Assembly (NCBI GenBank): GCA_024626585.2
Contig: JANKJI020000002.1
Location: 120,260,233-120,279,821, forward strand
Reading direction: 5' to 3'
Origin: Ginkgo biloba
Taxonomy: Eukaryota > Plantae > Ginkgophyta
Length of the DNA: 19,589 nucleotides
Below are positions 11,061 to 19,589 of the stretch, piece by piece. How positions within the stretch are numbered: the first letter of the stretch is position 1; each line of letters opens with the position of its first letter. Under the pieces are notes generated by a model. It saw only the letters and a program-made list of their open reading frames with translations, was not told the DNA's origin and did not search any database. The position numbers and the translations under genes are program-made.

Positions 11061-12349
11061 AATTAAGAAAGAATATTCAATATGGATGGTTGTAGGTAAC
11101 AAGAAAAATAGCTCATTAGAAAAGAAAAAAGATAATAAACCATTGGAAAAAGAATCTTTATATGAAATAATGCAGGTGGTAAATGGTAACAAGGATAAAG
11201 ATAAATCTCCTTTTCCTATCTCAATTTCACCATAAAGAGGAAATTTAAGGACGATTCCTATTAAAGCAGAGAATTGTGGCATGTATATGAAACAATCTCA
11301 GTGAATTCTTTGTTAATAGTGAGTCTACTTTTTTTATTATGATATTTTAAGTAAGAATGGATTTTATATTTTTTAGAACCTATCCCTAGAAAACTAAATA
11401 TGAAGCTAACCTCCTAAAATGTTAAAGAGCTTAAATTGATGGATATGAGATCTTCTATTAGATGATATAGAAGATCTATTCCAAACCTAGATATTATATA
11501 CCTATAATAAGTTGAATTAGTGGATAATGAGTTAAGGTTTCCTTTGGAGTATATATGGGCAGGAGTTGTTAATTTATTTTCTAATCATATTAAAGTTAGA
11601 GGAGGCACAATGCTTATGATGATACCCGGTCTAGCCTTTCAAATGATTAGTAGTAGAATAAGTTATTGAAATAGAGTTATATAGGCTATCTTTAATAAAT
11701 TCATTAAAAAAATTGGGTTTATAGATGCATTGCATATGTCTAATGAATGTAAGAATATTTGGGATTGGATGGAAAATATGTATAACTATTATTTGTCTCC
11801 TATCATAGATAATAATTGAATGAAAACCATTCATAGTTCCATTGCTTAATAATAACAACAATTAATCAACTAAATTCATATATATATCAACACATCAACT
11901 GATAAAACAAGAGCTTGGCTAAATGCCATTGAATTCCATTCAACAACAATAATATTTATAGAACGAGCATAAAGAGCTTAGTTATACATGTTTAAATATT
12001 TCTTTGAGCCTTTAACTATTATTCACTCTCACTCGTGGGGAATATTTACATTTACATTCTTTTATAGGCAACTTTTCCCACCCATTTCTAAATAAGAATA
12101 TTCCTTTCTAATCTTTTAAAATAGAATATTATTTTACATTCAAAGCATTACAAAAATTTATTTCAATTGATTAAAAATCAAATTTTCAAACTTTTAATAT
12201 ATACATTATATGAACCTATTTATTTTAATTACTTCCATGTAATTAATATTACTTAAGTTATTCAAGTGTCAAAGTCTACTTCTATTGTTGGGATGTGGTT
12301 GGCTTATTCTTCTCCACTAGTCTCATATGCATTTTAGTGAAATTTATGT

Positions 12350-13490
12350 GCCTCATCATTCCTTTACTCTGCCAATCCCATAACACATATGATTTGACAA
12401 TGAACTTATGGAGTATTCTAGCTTAGATGGATCTAATATCAATCGATCTAGATCCTTTGGATTCAAATCATTTTCCAAATCCAATTCCTCTTTAAGCTTG
12501 TTCTTATCCTCCTCAACTTTATTGTTCACATCTATGTTTTTCTCTACTTCTTTTTCATTCACAAAAAGTAGATTCCTATCAACCATTTAATCATAGTGCT
12601 TCTTTAAAAATTTTATGGGTTCTTCTGTCTAATCTAATTGATGCAAACAATTAGCCGTCTCATTCGCCTTGACATCTTAATTGCTTACAATGAATATATA
12701 CTCTGTCTAAATATGGTAAGAGAGTCACTTCTTCATCTTTTGTTTCCTCTGTTTGGGGCTTCTTTGCAACTTTCATAATTATTTGCATATTTAGGATGGA
12801 CTCCATCTATTGACTTTATCATCTTTGTCCTCCTTAAAGGTAGGTTATAACTAACTTCTTCATATGCGCCTTGATTTTTGCAACTATGCATTCTAATATT
12901 CTTCATTCAATTGAATAATCTTTTTATATGCTCCCTTGACTCTGATACTATCTCTAATAGTCTCTGGTTTTGGAGTATCTATGTCTTGAATTTCCTTCAT
13001 TTTATTTAGTCTGGCGAGATTTGCCTGCATCTTTTTGTCTAAACTTTTCTCTACATATGTCTCCTAATTCAAAGATTCACATAATCTGATTATGGTATGT
13101 GGCCAGTATACCCTTAAAATCCCTTAACTTGTCTTGTATTTGTCCATTTATTTTTGGGTGGAATTCCACCTGTTGTAGCTCCAAGTCCTCAATTGCCAAA
13201 TCTTGTATCTNNNNNNNNNNNNNNNNNNNNNNNNNNNNNNNNNNNNNNNNNNNNNNNNNNNNNNNNNNNNTTGAAGGCTCTTTATCATCAAAGTTGATGC
13301 GTGCATTTCTTTTTAATAGAATGAATACTATTAGGTTCATCACTTCCTCATCTAGAATTTCTTGTACTTCTAGTTATATCATTGTGTGAGCTTGCTCAAT
13401 CTTTGCAATCATTAAAACTTTCTCCTCCTAAAGAGATGTCTGTAATAATTATTTCTCTTGGCCTTGCACTTGTATCCCAACTTAGCCAAA
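12350..13490 (-). mobile_element. Decayed coiled-coil-type ORF, probably retrotransposon-derived
   Basis: The minus strand is rich in E/K/D/L codons across broken frames (VNEKEVEKNIDVNNKVEEDKNKLKEELDLE; IQDLAIEDLELQQVEF...IQDKLRDFK), with multiple stops. No diagnostic domain recognised. Confidence 0.3.
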
Positions 13491-13523
13491 TTTACCCTAT
13501 TTTTATGTCAAAGTTTTTGTTTG

Positions 13524-13649
13524 AACCTTACTCCGAACCTTAGTTTGAATCTATATCACTACATTTGATAATGCCATCGTGTCTTGTACATTTTTTAGAA
13601 GTTGTCAAATGCAGTGATAGAGATTTAGACTAAGGTTCACAGTAAGGTT
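13524..13649. repeat. Long inverted repeat / foldback (48-bp arms, 30-nt loop): MITE-like element or hairpin RNA locus
   Basis: Arm 13524-13571 aligns without gaps to the reverse complement of 13602-13649 at 41/48 positions. Three of the 7 differences are G-U compatible on the + strand. Confidence 0.9.
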
Positions 13650-14246
13650 AGTCTTAAAAATTTTCATGTACTATCATTAAAGTGTTTGCAAGATATTTGC
13701 CCCTAACGAATATTCCAAACTAATTACATAATGCAAATGGCGACAAGAAACAACGATGTGGCATTGACAAAGGACACAACATGNNNNNNNNNNNNNNNNN
13801 NNNNNNNNNNNNNNNNNNNNNNNNNNNNNNNNNNNNNNNNNNNNNNNNNNNNNNNNNNNNNNNNNNNNNNNNNNNNNNNNNNNAACCATTGGAAAGTAAT
13901 TTAATAATACTAATAGTGATACTTCATAGAATAGATTTGAAATATGCTTGTAATGACACAAGTATATTTATCCATAGTTTACGGGATTTTATTATTAGCA
14001 TTTATTTAACTCCATGTCTAACAGTCAAACAACTTCAAACTTATTTAAGAATCACAATATTGACAATTTAGAATATGATATAACAAAAAAAATTGTCAAG
14101 TAATAATGCTTAATAAGTTGGCATTAATATTTTCTTTATAGTACAAATAATAACATATCTATCAATATGCCATGGCCAAAACAAATCAAGTAATATATTT
14201 TTATTGTATTAGTTTACTTATAAAGTAAGATATATTAGAGATAAAT

Positions 14247-14740
14247 TTAACTATACAATGATCTCGAGATCAACTCCTCTTTCATTTTTTTTGGTATATA
14301 AGCATTACCATCCATTATTGCATAACATTGAATAACAAAATGTAATAAAGTTCATACACTCTTAATATTTCACACTCAAGGTATCTATGAATGTCATACC
14401 TTATTACTCTGTATTTCTAATATCTATAGTTGTCAAATTCAAAGTAAGCCCTTATTGTTTTTGCATTATTAATGCCCATGCCAAATGCAGAGGTAGTTGG
14501 CACCTTTGTACTTTGGTTATAGGTGTGATTGGGACCATATGAGGTCAAGTTGAATCCCAAGTTGTGCTAACATATTTAGCAACTTTTACAAGAATGTATA
14601 TTAGAGAAGGAGGCATCACATCTAAATGATACATATAAATTTTCAAACATAACCAATGGAACTATTGATTATGTCTTCTTTGGTTCATAACTTTGGTATG
14701 GGAATGGTTCTGGTATTGATAATAATGAAGATATATAACT
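14247..14740 (-). pseudogene. Degenerate PIF1-family (SF1B) helicase C-terminal region, Helitron RepHel-like
   Basis: Minus-strand translation across frameshifts: INTRTIPIPKL*TKEDIINSSIGYV (cf. ARVMLT.NLWT..GLVNGS.G.V); YHLDVMPPSLIYILVK...WDST*PHMVPITPI; RCQLPLHLAWALIMQKQ*GLTLNLTTIDIRNTE**GMTFIDTLSVK (cf. RTQ.PL.LAWA.TIHKSQGLTL....IDIG..E..GLTF.A.SRVK); then QCYAIM...KKMKEELISRSLYS* with the stop at 14249-14247. Confidence 0.8.
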
Positions 14741-14742
14741 TT

Positions 14743-15403
14743 AAGCCTCTACTAACATAACATTATATGTTCCAAAGATGGTCAACCTTGGCATAACGTT
14801 AGGAGTAAANNNNNNNNNNCTAATACAATTTAACTCAAGATGTGACATTGGATTATAAATGGTACATCCAACCTTATATGTATTAAAACTTTGAATCCTA
14901 CAAGCATATAATGCATACTCTATTCATGGTCTTTCTCAACCATTCAATCTTCACCAAATAGAAATAATGAATGGATTAATTCCCATGCATTCATCTTCCT
15001 CTTCACCGAGTAATGATCAATCACTAATAATCTCATTGACATTGAATTCTTTACATATTCCATTTATAAAACTTTTGTATTAGTATCATTCATATAGTTT
15101 TAAATTTTAACTCGATTATTGTAGGACATAAGAAGTAAGTTTATAGATCAATATTAAGGGTAAACTTTTTATTCTATTTTTTGTCCCTCCTTTACAATAA
15201 ATAATTTATGATTTTTAGATATTTTATTTCTAGAATTTTCATGTTCATATTTTAGGTGTCATAATCCAAAAATAAATCCTATTTATTGAAGTTGGAATGC
15301 AATAATATCTATAGCCATTTTTATTTTCATATCCTACTCTTTGACCCCAACCATGATTGTGAAAATAAAAAGGGCACAACCTATCTATATTAATAAAGAG
15401 GTA
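14743..15403 (-). pseudogene. Truncated, decayed duplicate of the upstream region and 5' coding part of gene B
   Basis: Collinear direct similarity to ~18468-19095. For example 14821-14873 vs 18518-18570 match at 41/53 without gaps (VGCTIYNPMSHLELNCI vs VGCASYTPAQHPELNRI), and CATTATATGTTCCAAAGA is shared exactly. The TM and tail coding part is missing. Confidence 0.8.
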
Positions 15404-16359
15404 TTGTTACTAGTGGTGGTTATACACACTACTATTTATTGGACACATAAGCTCATGGATAACACCTATATAATCTCTTGATGATAATTGAGAGTGAGGA
15501 TATATTACTAAACTAGAAGTAGAGTCTATCCTAAAAAAATATAGGTGGGGGTTTACTTAGATCTAATAATGATTGCCATCATGGATTTGAAGAGTAAGTA
15601 GTTTCTTCTTAAATATTGAGTAATACCAATGTCAACTACTTATAAATGCTAGTATATCAAATTAACAAGGAAATGTACACACCAAGTATATTCATTCATT
15701 CATATTGAATTTTATCATAAAAAATCCAAAATAAGTAAAATCCATGCATGGAAAAAATGAGACACTGAATATAGATAATGACTCATTTTATTACTTTGGA
15801 AANNNNNNNNNNNNNNNNNNNNNNNNNNNNNNNNNNNNNNNNNNNNNNNNNNNNNNNNNNNNNNNNNNNNNNNNNNNNNNNNNNNNNNNNNNNNNNNNNN
15901 NNTGGATTTAGGTGCAAACTATTATTTTCCCATTACTTTCATATCCTTTAAGTTGGGCCTTAACTTTTCTTGGGTCCTCTCTTGATGGTCTATAACCTTT
16001 CATCAAGGTTGGAACATTTTTAGGGTCAAGGTCTTATTTTGGATCTAAAAAATTAGATATAATGTTATTTTTAGGGAGAATCCCCCTAAAGTCATTATAT
16101 TTAACCATGTTATTATATCCATTCTTATAAATTATTCTATTTAGATTAAATTTCATGTTAAAAAAAATTATGTGAACCTAAACCACTTGATAGAGGTAAT
16201 TGAGTTTTGAAGTACTGCCCTCTATACCATTAGTAAATTCCCACCTAACCAAGAAGAGGGAGACACTAAGTAAAATAAAAAAGTAAAATAATAGGTAGAG
16301 AAGCAAAAGGGATAAAAGAATACATCCCTCTCCTAAATCTAATTCCGTAAAGGTCGTTG

Positions 16360-16620
16360 TGGCAAATTTCCTTCTATAGGTCTTCCTATCTTCCCCAATA
16401 GAGAATAAAAATAGCAAAAGCCCTCTTGCTAATAGGGCAATCTCAACTTTTGCCTTAGTTTTTTTACTCCAAGCCTTATGGGCCCTTACATGGATATCAT
16501 GACATGTTACTTCTTTTTTAGTGCTTTCATGTATGGTTAATTCCATTAGAGGCTCCATTTTTTTCTATGATATTGGAGCCATCACTTGTTGCACTCTATT
16601 GAAGTAAATGCAAAATAGGG
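16360..16620 (-). mobile_element. Degenerate L1-type LINE ORF1 fragment (DUF4283-like)
   Basis: RAHKAWSKKTKAKVEIALLARGLLLFLFSIGEDR resembles the ORF1 RRM-like W......V.I..L.RGFF.F.F...EDR pattern. The rest of the 16178-16558 ORF is unrelated low-complexity sequence. Confidence 0.55.
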
Positions 16621-16908
16621 TTTTAATCACTTGTGGAGCTTGCCATTCCCTAGTTAAGGACAAAATCAAATATAAAACCCATGAATTTATCATATTGTAT
16701 GGCTTCATATAAATAAATAATGGTAATGCACTTCTCATAATCAGTGCATTGTAAAATTATGATTGGAATGTCTCTTTATGCTTTCAAGATTCTGATTGTA
16801 TGTAATGCATTTGAAAATATACTAGAATGAAAAATGATTTAAGGAAAATTTTGGGATAATGTTTTTTTTTTCCCATGCACAAAATTATTACTATAATGAG
16901 ATGTAAAT

Positions 16909-17845
16909 NNNNNNNNNNNNNNNNNNNNNNNNNNNNNNNNNNNNNNNNNNNNNNNNNNNNNNNNNNNNNNNNNNNNNNNNNNNNNNNNNNNNNNNNNNNN
17001 NNNNNNNNNNNNNNNNNNNNNNNNNNNNNNNNNNNNNNNNNNNNNNNNNNNNNNNNNNNNNNNNNNNNNNNNNNNNNNNNNNNNNNNNNNNNNNNNNNNN
17101 NNNNNNNNNNNNNNNNNNNNNNNNNNNNNNNNNNNNNNNNNNNNNNNNNNNNNNNNNNNNNNNNNNNNNNNNNNNNNNNNNNNNNNNNNNNNNNNNNNNN
17201 NNNNNNNNNNNNNNNNNNNNNNNNNNNNNNNNNNNNNNNNNNNNNNNNNNNNNNNNNNNNNNNNNNNNNNNNNNNNNNNNNNNNNNNNNNNNNNNNNNNN
17301 NNNNNNNNNNNNNNNNNNNNNNNNNNNNNNNNNNNNNNNNNNNNNNNNNNNNNNNNNNNNNNNNNNNNNNNNNNNNNNNNNNNNNNNNNNNNNNNNNNNN
17401 NNNNNNNNNNNNNNNNNNNNNNNNNNNNNNNNNNNNNNNNNNNNNNNNNNNNNNNNNNNNNNNNNNNNNNNNNNNNNNNNNNNNNNNNNNNNNNNNNNNN
17501 NNNNNNNNNNNNNNNNNNNNNNNNNNNNNNNNNNNNNNNNNNNNNNNNNNNNNNNNNNNNNNNNNNNNNNNNNNNNNNNNNNNNNNNNNNNNNNNNNNNN
17601 NNNNNNNNNNNNNNNNNNNNNNNNNNNNNNNNNNNNNNNNNNNNNNNNNNNNNNNNNNNNNNNNNNNNNNNNNNNNNNNNNNNNNNNNNNNNNNNNNNNN
17701 NNNNNNNNNNNNNNNNNNNNNNNNNNNNNNNNNNNNNNNNNNNNNNNNNNNNNNNNNNNNNNNNNNNNNNNNNNNNNNNNNNNNNNNNNNNNNNNNNNNN
17801 NNNNNNNNNNNNNNNNNNNNNNNNNNNNNNNNNNNNNNNNNNNNN
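16909..17845. other. Largest assembly gap (N-run)
   Basis: Other gaps: 3943-3952, 5351-5450, 7424-7480, 7740-7839, 8787-8894, 13211-13270, 13784-13883, 14810-14819, 15803-15902. Confidence 1.
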
Positions 17846-18104
17846 AGCTTCATAACAGCAACATAACGTCAGAATAGGGAAAGAAGCAATATGGGCAATT
17901 CCAACATAGTTTTAGACACTAGATACACAGCTCTCTCCATCCCCAAACCAATCAATTTGATAATAACAACCATGACATGCATGCCAGAAATACCAAATAC
18001 CCAACTGTTATATGCAGGAAAGAATCCAAAGGCCCAAGGTAGTATACTTAATGTGTATATACGAGGATAGGCTAATTTTATTTTAATCACTGCAACCATC
18101 CTGA

Positions 18105-18569
18105 TCATTCGCCATCTCCGTCACCAGCATGGTCTCCACCGAACAATGAAAACCCATCATTGGTATTTCCTTCTGCATCGGCATTACTTATAGCATTCCC
18201 TAATGTGGCGATTGCCACACCAGCCATACAATACTCATCCCCCGCACCATTATCTCCTCCTGCTGATCTTCCCTCGTCATTAAATCCATCTCTACCACAC
18301 TTGGACACATTTTTACAAGTCTGAGAGCTCCTTCTGGACTTGGGTTTCCTTCTTCGATGCCCATGACCATGACGATCAGATGCACAGGACAAGAGGGCAA
18401 TGCATAACATTGCTATTGCCACCATAACATAAATGATTACTATAATATTCGCCTTGTGTGAATCGGCAGCGCCTGCCGATACAGCATTATATGTTCCAAA
18501 GACTTTTTGGAGGAAAATAATACGATTTAACTCGGGATGTTGCGCAGGAGTATAGCTGGCACATCCAAC
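18105..18569 (-). CDS. Small single-pass membrane protein with basic juxtamembrane stretch and Gly/Asp-rich tail (gene B); start uncertain (first in-exon ATG at 18425)
   Basis: The frame is open from 18575 to the TGA at 18107-18105: VGCASYTPAQHPELNRIIFLQKVFGTYNAVSAGAADSHKANIIVIIYVMVAIAMLCIALLSCASDRHGHGHRRRKPKSRRSS...MAGVAIATLGNA...GGDHAGDGDGE. It has a ~22-aa hydrophobic helix followed by a positive cluster. GC is locally elevated and CpGs are retained. The 5' part is conserved without gaps in the duplicate copy. Confidence 0.62.
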   Translation of the reverse strand, partial: VGCASYTPAQHPELNRIIFLQKVFGTYNAVSAGAADSHKANIIVIIYVMVAIAMLCIALLSCASDRHGHGHRRRKPKSRRSSQTCKNVSKCGRDGFNDEGRSAGGDNGAGDEYCMAGVAIATLGNAISNADAEGNTNDGFSLFGGDHAGDGDGE

Positions 18570-19095
18570 CTGTACTTACCATGCATTCAATCTGTGTGTA
18601 TTCAATGAGTATTTAATGTGTGAGGTATTCACAGTCTTTCTCATTCATTCAATCTTCGCCATACTGAAATAACGAACCGATTGATTGATGGCCATCTATT
18701 CGTCTTCCTCTTCACCCAACAATGTTCATCTCAACGGCATTTTATTCTTTTTAAGGTATGCCATTTACAAGAGTTTTGTGCTAGCGTCGTTCTTATAGTT
18801 TTAAATTTTTAATTAGCTTATCCGTAGAACATTAGATGTGATGTCCATACCTTTATGCATAATTATTCCATTTTTTCCCCTCTTCTAGAATAGTGTTTGC
18901 AATTTTTAGCTATTTTGTAGGGGCAATTGTAATGTGAATGTTTTAGGCGTCATAAACTAGCAATATCACCTCTTCATAGAAGTTGGTATGCATTGATAGG
19001 GTTTGTCTTTTGTATTTTTTATGTTCCACTCTTTGATCTAATCATGAGTGCAAAAACAAATATGGCAATACTTATCTAGCGTCAATAAAGAGATA
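18570..19095 (-). promoter_or_regulatory. Putative promoter / 5' leader region of gene B
   Basis: Lies directly upstream of the ORF, is non-coding, retains many CpGs unlike the surrounding TE DNA, and was co-duplicated to ~14874-15403. Confidence 0.45.
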
Positions 19096-19109
19096 ATCTA
19101 TTTCACTCA

Positions 19110-19589
19110 TGTCTATGGTGAGGCTATGCTAGGGTTCGGCCCTACAGAGGTTAATGGTGCGACCTTGGCATTTTTTTACTTCTTTGGGGCCATTTAGTCA
19201 GTCGAGCATGCTCTTAGTTATCCTCCTTCGTGCTCTGGATGCCTACATGCGATGCGTGGCATTTTATTTTTAGTGGCCCAATGAAATTGGGGTTCTTTGT
19301 GGCTTCACCCCCTCTTCTAATTGGTGATTTCATTGTCATTTTAGTGTCCGATTTCCCTAGGGTTTGGTGGTTCAAGAGGTTGGTCGGCTCCTAGGTTCCT
19401 CTACGTTTCCATTTTGCAAGTGGTCTTCTTGGGTGGTTTCCTCTATTCTTGGGATGTGCTTGGGCCATTTCCTCTAAATTACTATTCTGGTTTAGACCCG
19501 TTTATGGGTGTGAGGCCTCTGTTGATTTGGAGGTTATTTTCTTAAAAATTGTTTAAGGGTTTGGTGTTTATTATAGTGTTTTAACCTGT
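19110..19589 (+). mobile_element. G/T-rich non-coding repeat-like sequence (possibly LINE 3' UTR-type)
   Basis: Abrupt compositional switch to G/T-rich DNA just past the end of the duplication homology. No diagnostic motif. Confidence 0.2.

Noticed and set aside
11448-11477. 11-bp inverted repeat AGATCTTCTAT...ATAGAAGATCT
   Set aside because: Short and AT-rich within decayed TE DNA, with no supporting context.
11630-12050. Possible RNase H-like remnant on the minus strand (NIIVVEWNSM)
   Set aside because: A single weak resemblance to I.VEGDS with no other reliable motifs.
14259-14272. Perfect 14-bp palindrome TGATCTCGAGATCA as a Helitron 3' hairpin
   Set aside because: It lies inside the last codons of the helicase remnant, has no loop, and is not followed by a clear CTRR end.
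16875-17855. 326-aa and 320-aa ORFs in the track
   Set aside because: They consist almost entirely of N-gap translation. The same applies to the ORFs spanning gaps at 5351-5450, 7740-7839, 13211-13270 and 13784-13883.
18200-18400. Alternative-frame 66-aa ORF within gene B
   Set aside because: An overlapping shadow frame with a non-ATG start and no recognisable features.
3717-18632. Both host genes have a candidate 63-nt intron removing an in-frame TAA, suggesting a shared mechanism
   Set aside because: The two introns share no sequence similarity and both are hypothetical. The equal length is best treated as coincidence unless RNA data confirm both.

Overview
AT-rich, gap-containing (10 N-runs) eukaryotic scaffold. 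It looks like a seed-plant genome, probably a gymnosperm; this is inferred from TE types and gene/intron layout. Most six-frame ORFs are artefacts or decayed TE fragments. Contents: (1) two spliced coding exons on the minus strand (3533-3716 and 2330-2669) of a conserved plant protein of unknown function ('...LFG-x-AYCD...VELKPL.SAF...MFYLPLLEPR...VDLV.P.KKSVKQI.RE'), whose next exon lies beyond the left edge across a TE-filled intron. (2) A small minus-strand single-TM protein gene with a basic juxtamembrane segment and a Gly/Asp-rich tail (18105-~18569). (3) An older, CpG-decayed direct duplicate of that gene's upstream region and 5' coding part (~14743-15403), fused directly to a degenerate Helitron-type PIF1 helicase C-terminus (14247-~14740) that the ORF track misses. 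(4) A 48-bp-arm foldback hairpin (13524-13649). (5) Decayed Ty3/Gypsy integrase/chromodomain + PPT + LTR, a possible Copia-like 3' end, and several L1-type LINE remnants. I see no convincing novel multi-gene system. The best leads are the gene-fragment/PIF1 junction, the long hairpin, and the unusual start-codon situation of both host genes. All homology calls come from reading motifs by eye; no database search was run.
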